From NCBI GenBank assembly GCA_944389525.1, contig CALXMR010000003.1, forward strand, positions 2,915-66,914: a stretch of 64,000 bases of DNA. Reading direction: 5' to 3'. Positions within the stretch are counted from its first letter, which is position 1, and the number at the start of each line of letters is the position of its first letter. Positions 58,252 to 64,000 of the stretch are shown piece after piece. Both the position numbers and the translations under genes were made by a program. The stretch is from an uncultured Alphaproteobacteria bacterium (GTDB lineage: Bacteria > Pseudomonadota > Alphaproteobacteria > Rs-D84). The notes under the pieces are model-generated. The model had not been told where the DNA came from, did not search any database, and saw only the letters and a program-made list of their open reading frames with translations.

Positions 58252-60309
58252 ATGAATCCAGATGAAATGCAAGAAACGCCAGAGCAGGCGATTGCAAAAT
58301 ACACAACTGATTTTACAAAACTGGCGGCCGATGGAAAATTGGACCCGGTTATCGGGCGTGATGAAGAAATTCGCCGTACTATCCAGGTGTTGTCCCGCCG
58401 GACAAAAAATAATCCGGTGTTAATCGGTAATCCGGGGGTTGGTAAAACCGCAATTGTCGAAGGTCTGGCCCGGCGTATCGTGTCGGGTGATGTGCCGGAA
58501 AATCTGTTAAAGAAAAAACTGTTATCGCTGGATATGGGGGCGTTGATGGCGGGCGCGATGTTTCGCGGTCAATTCGAAGGACGATTAAAGGCGATATTAA
58601 AGGCGGTCAAAGATTCAGATGGGCAAATTATTTTGTTCATTGATGAACTGCACACATTGGTTGGCGCCGGTAAAGGCGAGGGCAGCATGGATGCGGGTAA
58701 TTTGTTAAAGCCCATGTTGGCGCGCGGTGAATTACACTGTTTGGGGGCGACAACACTGGACGAGTATCGTCAATATATTGAAAAAGATCCCGCGTTGGCA
58801 CGCCGGTTCCAGCCGGTCTATGTCGATGAACCAACAGTTGATGATACAATATCAATTTTGCGCGGATTAAAAGAAAAATACGAGGGTCATCATGGTGTGC
58901 GTATTTCTGATGCGGCGTTGGTGTCGGCGGTGCGGTTATCGAATCGATATATCACAGACAGATTCTTGCCAGACAAGGCGATTGACTTGATTGACGAAGC
59001 AGCCGCCCGTGTTCGTATCGAAATTGCGTCAAAGCCAGAAAAACTGGATGAAGTTGATCGGCACTTGATGCAATTAAAAATCGAACAACAGGCATTAAAG
59101 AAAGAAAAAGACGAAGATTCAAAAAAACGGTTAAAAGAACTGGACGCTGTTATCAAAGAAACCCAGGCGGAATCAGAAAAATTAACCGCGGCGTGGCGCG
59201 CAGAACAGTCAAAGATGCGGGCGTTGTCGGATGCGATGGCGGCACTGGATGCGGCCAAGGCCGAAGTTGCCACCGCAATGCGTAATGGTGATTATGAAAA
59301 GGCGTCTGCATTGCAATATGGTAAAATCCCAGAACTGGAAGAAGAAATTCGCAAAATGAATGCGGACGCGCGCGAATATAAAACAGTGTTGCCAGAACAT
59401 ATCGCCGCCGTGGTCAGTAAATGGACCGGTGTGCCGGCGGACAAGTTAAGTGTTGAAGAACAATCAAAACTGTTGAATATCGAAGATGAATTGCGCCGGC
59501 GCGTTGTTGGCCAAGATCATGCGTTGTCTGTGGTGGCGCGTGCAATTCGCCGCAGTCGGGCGGGGCTGTCTGATCCGCATCGCCCAGCAGGCAGTTTTAT
59601 GTTCTTGGGGCCGACCGGTGTCGGTAAAACCGAAGTAGCCAAGGCATTGGCAGAATATCTGTTTAATGACGATACCGCAATGACCCGTATTGATATGAGT
59701 GAATATATGGAACCACATTCGGTGTCGCGTCTGATTGGCAGTCCCCCGGGATATGTTGGTTATGAACAGGGTGGGGTGTTGACCGAAAGTGTGCGGCGCC
59801 GGCCGTATCAAGTGTTGCTGTTCGATGAAATTGAAAAGGCCAATCCAGATGTGTTCAATGTTTTCTTGCAAATATTGGATGATGGTCGTCTGACCGATGG
59901 CCAGGGTCATGTTGTGAACTTTACAAATACAATCATAATAATGACCAGCAATTTGCCAGATATGGATGCGGTAAAGAAACAATTCCGTCCTGAATTCATC
60001 AATCGTATTGATGAAATTGTGTTCTTTGATCCGTTGGGCAAAGATGTCATGGCGGGTATCGTGAAAATCCAATTGCGTAATTTGGAACAGCGTTTGGCCG
60101 AACGCCGTATTAACATAGAGGTGTCGGACAAGGCAATCAAATGGCTGGGGGATAATGGATATGACCCAGTGTTTGGTGCGCGCCCGTTAAAGCGTCTGAT
60201 TACATCGGCGGTCGAAGACAAAATTGCAGATTTGATTTTGTCTGGGCAAGTTGGTGAAGGCAGTACCATATATGTCGATGTTCATGGCAAGGAATTAACG
60301 GTAAAATAA
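58252..60309 (+). CDS. clpB: Chaperone ClpB lacking the N-terminal domain
   Basis: [13 protein letters not shown], two Walker A motifs ([16 protein letters not shown]), coiled-coil M-domain, GARPL. Confidence 0.93.
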   Translation: MNPDEMQETPEQAIAKYTTDFTKLAADGKLDPVIGRDEEIRRTIQVLSRRTKNNPVLIGNPGVGKTAIVEGLARRIVSGDVPENLLKKKLLSLDMGALMAGAMFRGQFEGRLKAILKAVKDSDGQIILFIDELHTLVGAGKGEGSMDAGNLLKPMLARGELHCLGATTLDEYRQYIEKDPALARRFQPVYVDEPTVDDTISILRGLKEKYEGHHGVRISDAALVSAVRLSNRYITDRFLPDKAIDLIDEAAARVRIEIASKPEKLDEVDRHLMQLKIEQQALKKEKDEDSKKRLKELDAVIKETQAESEKLTAAWRAEQSKMRALSDAMAALDAAKAEVATAMRNGDYEKASALQYGKIPELEEEIRKMNADAREYKTVLPEHIAAVVSKWTGVPADKLSVEEQSKLLNIEDELRRRVVGQDHALSVVARAIRRSRAGLSDPHRPAGSFMFLGPTGVGKTEVAKALAEYLFNDDTAMTRIDMSEYMEPHSVSRLIGSPPGYVGYEQGGVLTESVRRRPYQVLLFDEIEKANPDVFNVFLQILDDGRLTDGQGHVVNFTNTIIIMTSNLPDMDAVKKQFRPEFINRIDEIVFFDPLGKDVMAGIVKIQLRNLEQRLAERRINIEVSDKAIKWLGDNGYDPVFGARPLKRLITSAVEDKIADLILSGQVGEGSTIYVDVHGKELTVK

Positions 60310-60334
60310 AAATCCCCCAAACGGGGGATTTTTT

Positions 60335-60541
60335 TTAGAAACCGAAAACCATTCTTTGTTTCGATTGCCGTTTCTTTTCGTTGCGAACGGCTTCTTCTTT
60401 CATACGCTTGCGTTTTGTGGTTGGTTTTTCATAACGCTGGCGTTCTTTCATTTCGCGGTACAGACCTTCTTTTTGCGATTTGCGTTTTGCAACGCGCAGT
60501 GCCTGTTCCACATTGTTATCGCGAACCAGAACCTTTACCAT
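60335..60541 (-). CDS. rpsU: 30S ribosomal protein S21
   Basis: [14 protein letters not shown]...EG..REMK....YEKP. Confidence 0.95.
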   Translation of the reverse strand: MVKVLVRDNNVEQALRVAKRKSQKEGLYREMKERQRYEKPTTKRKRMKEEAVRNEKKRQSKQRMVFGF

Positions 60542-60582
60542 ATGTTATTCACCCCCTTTGGCGTATTTCATAATTATTTTTT

Positions 60583-60658
60583 TGGTGGAGCCAATCAGAC
60601 TCGAACTGACGACCCCCTGCTTGCAAAGCAGGTGCTCTACCAACTGAGCTATGACCCC
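60583..60658 (-). tRNA. tRNA-Ala (TGC)
   Basis: GGGGTCATAGCTCAGTTGGTAGAGC..TTTGCAA..GTTCGAGTC..CTCCACCA with G3:U70. Confidence 0.95.
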
Positions 60659-60795
60659 AAAACTTTGCCTGGTTTTACCTATTAGAGCCCACGAATTTTA
60701 TACATATTTAATGATATTGTCAAATTAAAAATGAAAATACAGGTTTAAAATCTTTCGCTGGACAGTTTTTAGTATTCGGCATATAATGCATTGCT

Positions 60796-62616
60796 ATGTT
60801 AAAGAAAATTAAAAAACAAATCAGAAACATAATCAAGGGTGACGAAACGAATATTCGCATCAAATGGTCGTTGTACGCGCGTGTGTGGCGCGAAATTGGA
60901 CGGCCACAGTTAAAATGGCTGTTGATGGGGGTCGCGGCAACAATCTGTGCCGCCGGGGCCGAAGCGTATACGATTACCCTGGTGCAACAGGTTGTGGACA
61001 AGGCCTTTATTCAAAAAAGTATGGCGCATATATACTTTTTTGGGTTGCAGGTTATTGCCGCATTCGGGTTCAAGGGCGTATTTAATTATTCTAAATCGCT
61101 GATTATGGCCAAGGCCGGGTTGAATGCATCGGCCAATTTACAAAAACGAATATACAGTCATATGCTGCATATGAATGTGTCAAAGTTTTATGGTGATGGT
61201 ATTGGCAAACATTTAAATTACTTTGGGGTCCAGGCGGGGGCGGTTTTGAACCTGGTAACGGGGACATTAATCAGTACAATTCAACAGATTGCGACATTGG
61301 CCATGACACTGGGGCTGATGGTGTATTATGCACCCCAGTTGTGTGCGGTGTTGTTGTTCTTGGTGCCGGCGATATTAATCCCAATGGTTCTGATTATGCG
61401 CAAGCGCAGAAAGTTGTCTCGTCAATCATTCGGCATCGCAAATGATGTGACACAACACCTAAACCAAACCTTGCGCGGGATGAAGACTATCCAGGCGTTT
61501 GGTACCGAAGACGCAGAAACGAAAAAGTTTTCGCGAATACTGGATACATCTATGTGTAATTCGTACAAGGGAACCCAGGCGTTCGCATTACAGTCGCCGT
61601 TATTGGAACTGATGATTTCAATTGGTTTGTGTATGGCGTTGATTATTGGTGGGCACTTTATCGTCAGTGGCGCAATCACAACCGGTGATTTTACAGCGTT
61701 CTTGTTGGCGTTGACCGCCGCGTACAAGCCTGCGCGCAGTATCACCAGCACCAGCAACACTGTCCAGCATGGATTATTGGCGGCGGAGATATTGTTTGAT
61801 TTCTTGGACAGCAAACCAGATATTCAAAATGCGCCAAATGCAGTTGAGTTGCAACCAGGGGACATGTCCGTTGCGTTCGATCATGTCTATTTCGAATATA
61901 ATCCGGGTGAACCGGTGTTGCAGGATATTAATCTGCATGTGCCAGCGGGCAAGGTTTGTGCGCTGGTTGGGCCATCAGGTGGTGGCAAGACAACAATGTT
62001 TAATCTGATTGAACGGTTCTATGAACCACAGCGCGGTCGGGTCGAAATTAATCGGCATGATATTAAAAAATATACGCTGGAATCGCTGCGTCATAATATT
62101 GCCGAAGTTTCCCAGGATGTGTTCTTGTTTAACGGCACAATCGAAGAAAATATTAAATACGGTATGCCAGATGCCACATTTGAACAGGTCCAGGCCGCAG
62201 CCCGCGCCGCAAATGCCCATGATTTTATCATGACATTCCCAAAGAAATATAAATCCAAGGTTGGCGAAGGGGGGGCGTTATTGTCTGGGGGGCAAAAACA
62301 ACGAATCGCCATCGCGCGCGCAATATTAAAAGATGCACCGATTTTGTTGCTGGACGAAGCGACATCCGCGCTGGACACGCAAAGCGAGAAGTTGATACAG
62401 TCTGCGTTGAAAGACTTGATGCGTGGGCGCACGACTTTTGTTATTGCGCACAGGTTGTCGACTATTCTGGATGCGGATATAATTTGCGTTGTCAAAGATG
62501 GGCGCATAATCGAACAAGGCACGGACGAGGAGTTAGTTGCGCTGGGCGGTGAATACAAAAAACTGCGCGATATTCAATTTAAATCCACGGGCAAGGTAGC
62601 CAAGAAAAAGAAGTAA
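60796..62616 (+). CDS. msbA: MsbA-like lipid A ABC exporter
   Basis: TM domain plus GPSGGGKT, VSQD, LSGGQKQRIAIARA, LDEATSALD, IAHRLST; lpxI in the window supports LPS synthesis. Confidence 0.75.
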   Translation: MLKKIKKQIRNIIKGDETNIRIKWSLYARVWREIGRPQLKWLLMGVAATICAAGAEAYTITLVQQVVDKAFIQKSMAHIYFFGLQVIAAFGFKGVFNYSKSLIMAKAGLNASANLQKRIYSHMLHMNVSKFYGDGIGKHLNYFGVQAGAVLNLVTGTLISTIQQIATLAMTLGLMVYYAPQLCAVLLFLVPAILIPMVLIMRKRRKLSRQSFGIANDVTQHLNQTLRGMKTIQAFGTEDAETKKFSRILDTSMCNSYKGTQAFALQSPLLELMISIGLCMALIIGGHFIVSGAITTGDFTAFLLALTAAYKPARSITSTSNTVQHGLLAAEILFDFLDSKPDIQNAPNAVELQPGDMSVAFDHVYFEYNPGEPVLQDINLHVPAGKVCALVGPSGGGKTTMFNLIERFYEPQRGRVEINRHDIKKYTLESLRHNIAEVSQDVFLFNGTIEENIKYGMPDATFEQVQAAARAANAHDFIMTFPKKYKSKVGEGGALLSGGQKQRIAIARAILKDAPILLLDEATSALDTQSEKLIQSALKDLMRGRTTFVIAHRLSTILDADIICVVKDGRIIEQGTDEELVALGGEYKKLRDIQFKSTGKVAKKKK

Positions 62617-62707
62617 TCTTGTTGTATTTATAGTCAAAGTTTTTGGTGTTTTCTTGGGCGGATAAATGTGATACAATTCCAAGGATAGAAAACAAAAGGA
62701 TTTTGAT

Positions 62708-63202
62708 ATGCCAGTTGCAAAAAAAACTGTAAAGAAACAGCGCGAACCAGTTACCAGTAAAAAGTATACTAATATGTTCCAGGCGTATGGTGCGTTTTGG
62801 CGGCGTGGTTTTACCGAATGGGCGGGCACATCATCACGGTCGGAATATTGGTGGTCGGTCCTGGTTAATTTTTTGGTGATTATTGGTTGGGTGTTCTTGG
62901 TCGCTGTGGCGGGGTGGCAGGGCGGTTTTTATGCGCCAGTGCACTTTGTTTATACCCCGGGGGTTATGGTATTGGCTGCGTTGATGGTTGTGTTTAGTGT
63001 TGCAGTTATAATTCCATCACTGTCCATGACCGTGCGGCGTTTGCACGATGCGGGGTTGAGTGCGTGGTGGATGATGCTGTTAATTGGTACCGCAGTCGAA
63101 GGATTGGATGTTATTATCAGTATCGTATTCTTTGTGTTTTCTGTATTGCCAACCAAAGAAACAGACAATCCATACCATGGGTTTAATAAAGTGACAAAAT
63201 AA
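62708..63202 (+). CDS. DUF805 family membrane protein
   Basis: G.SSRSEYWW, PSLSMTVRRLHD.G.S.W, NPY. Confidence 0.9.
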   Translation: MPVAKKTVKKQREPVTSKKYTNMFQAYGAFWRRGFTEWAGTSSRSEYWWSVLVNFLVIIGWVFLVAVAGWQGGFYAPVHFVYTPGVMVLAALMVVFSVAVIIPSLSMTVRRLHDAGLSAWWMMLLIGTAVEGLDVIISIVFFVFSVLPTKETDNPYHGFNKVTK

Positions 63203-63226
63203 AAAAGTCCGCCAGATGGCGGATTT

Positions 63227-64000
63227 TTATTTGCCCCAATATTTCCCAATTACATAGTCTGCCGCCAGGGGCACAGACAGGTGCGCAACATTTTCCATGG
63301 CAACTTCGATTTTTTGTGCAAAGTCGTTCGCCACGGATTCATCGCATTCGAAAATGATTTCATCATGAACCTGCATAATCATTTTAATTTTATCAGCGTT
63401 TGGTTGTATTATGTCACGGTCAATATTTACCATGGCGCATCGCATTAAATCTGCCTCGAATCCTTGGATTGGGGCGTTTATCGCCGCGCGCATCGCATAC
63501 GCGCGCATGCGGGGATTTTTTACATCAGGCAATTCAATCCGGCGTCCCCATGGGGTATAAACGCATGCATTTTTCATGGCGAATTCTTTGACCGATTCGA
63601 TATATTTTTCAACCTCTGGCAGGCCGGCCATATAAGAATCTATTATATTCTGGGCGGCGGCGCGTGAAATTCCCAATTGTCCCGCCAGACCAAATGACGA
63701 AATTCCGTATATTATTGAAAAGTTTACCGTCTTGGCCGCGCGGCGTAAATCCCGCGGCACTGGTGCATCTTGTGCAATTCTGAATATTTGACGGGCGGTT
63801 TGTTCATGGATGTCGGCGCCCGATTTAAATGTTTCTTTGAATGTCTGGACATTGGCAACATCGGCCAACAGACGCAATTGAATCTGGGAATAGTCCGCAG
63901 ATATTAACACACGACCCGCGGGGGCAATAAAACATTTTCTGATTTCTGTGCCCAGTTCTGTTTTAATTGGTATGTTTTGCAAATTTGGATCGCGACTGGA
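63227..64000 (-). CDS. polA: DNA polymerase I, C-terminal part (5'-truncated by window edge)
   Basis: PNLQNIP, SADYSQIQLR, AKTVNFSIIYG, NAPIQG, MQVHDE. Confidence 0.96.
   Translation of the reverse strand, partial: SSRDPNLQNIPIKTELGTEIRKCFIAPAGRVLISADYSQIQLRLLADVANVQTFKETFKSGADIHEQTARQIFRIAQDAPVPRDLRRAAKTVNFSIIYGISSFGLAGQLGISRAAAQNIIDSYMAGLPEVEKYIESVKEFAMKNACVYTPWGRRIELPDVKNPRMRAYAMRAAINAPIQGFEADLMRCAMVNIDRDIIQPNADKIKMIMQVHDEIIFECDESVANDFAQKIEVAMENVAHLSVPLAADYVIGKYWGK

Overview
This is a chromosomal window from a small, gene-order-scrambled alphaproteobacterium. Signature genes are lpxI, ccrM, fabH-ihfA, a Com1-type DsbA and a MotA/MotB-like pair; the style suggests an uncultured gut lineage such as Rs-D84/'Ca. 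Enterousia', which is an inference. Housekeeping genes are grpE, tpiA, ppiD, fabH, ihfA, guaC, infA, rpsF-rpsR-rplI, rnhB, pgk, recO, nrdR, clpPX, rpmB, clpB, rpsU, msbA and polA, plus four tRNAs (Arg-CCT, Gln-CTG, Leu-CAA, Ala-TGC). These are interleaved with many envelope and secreted genes. The most striking signal is a family of at least six secreted, helical, Cys-stapled paralogues at three loci. Several carry disulfide-clamped glycine-zipper or GFLGIG loops, and one operon ends in an OmpA-anchored Cys-rich protein, so this is a candidate undescribed surface or membrane-insertion apparatus. Also notable are an ankyrin-containing, apparently catalytically dead subtilase, two Pmp-like autotransporters (the first behind a C4-antisense-like leader), tRNA-3'-end-duplicating mini-elements, palindromic REP/RPE-like repeats, and a block of genes that look acquired from other gut bacteria. 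No CRISPR array, integrase or transposase was seen. All family assignments come from motif recognition, not database searches.
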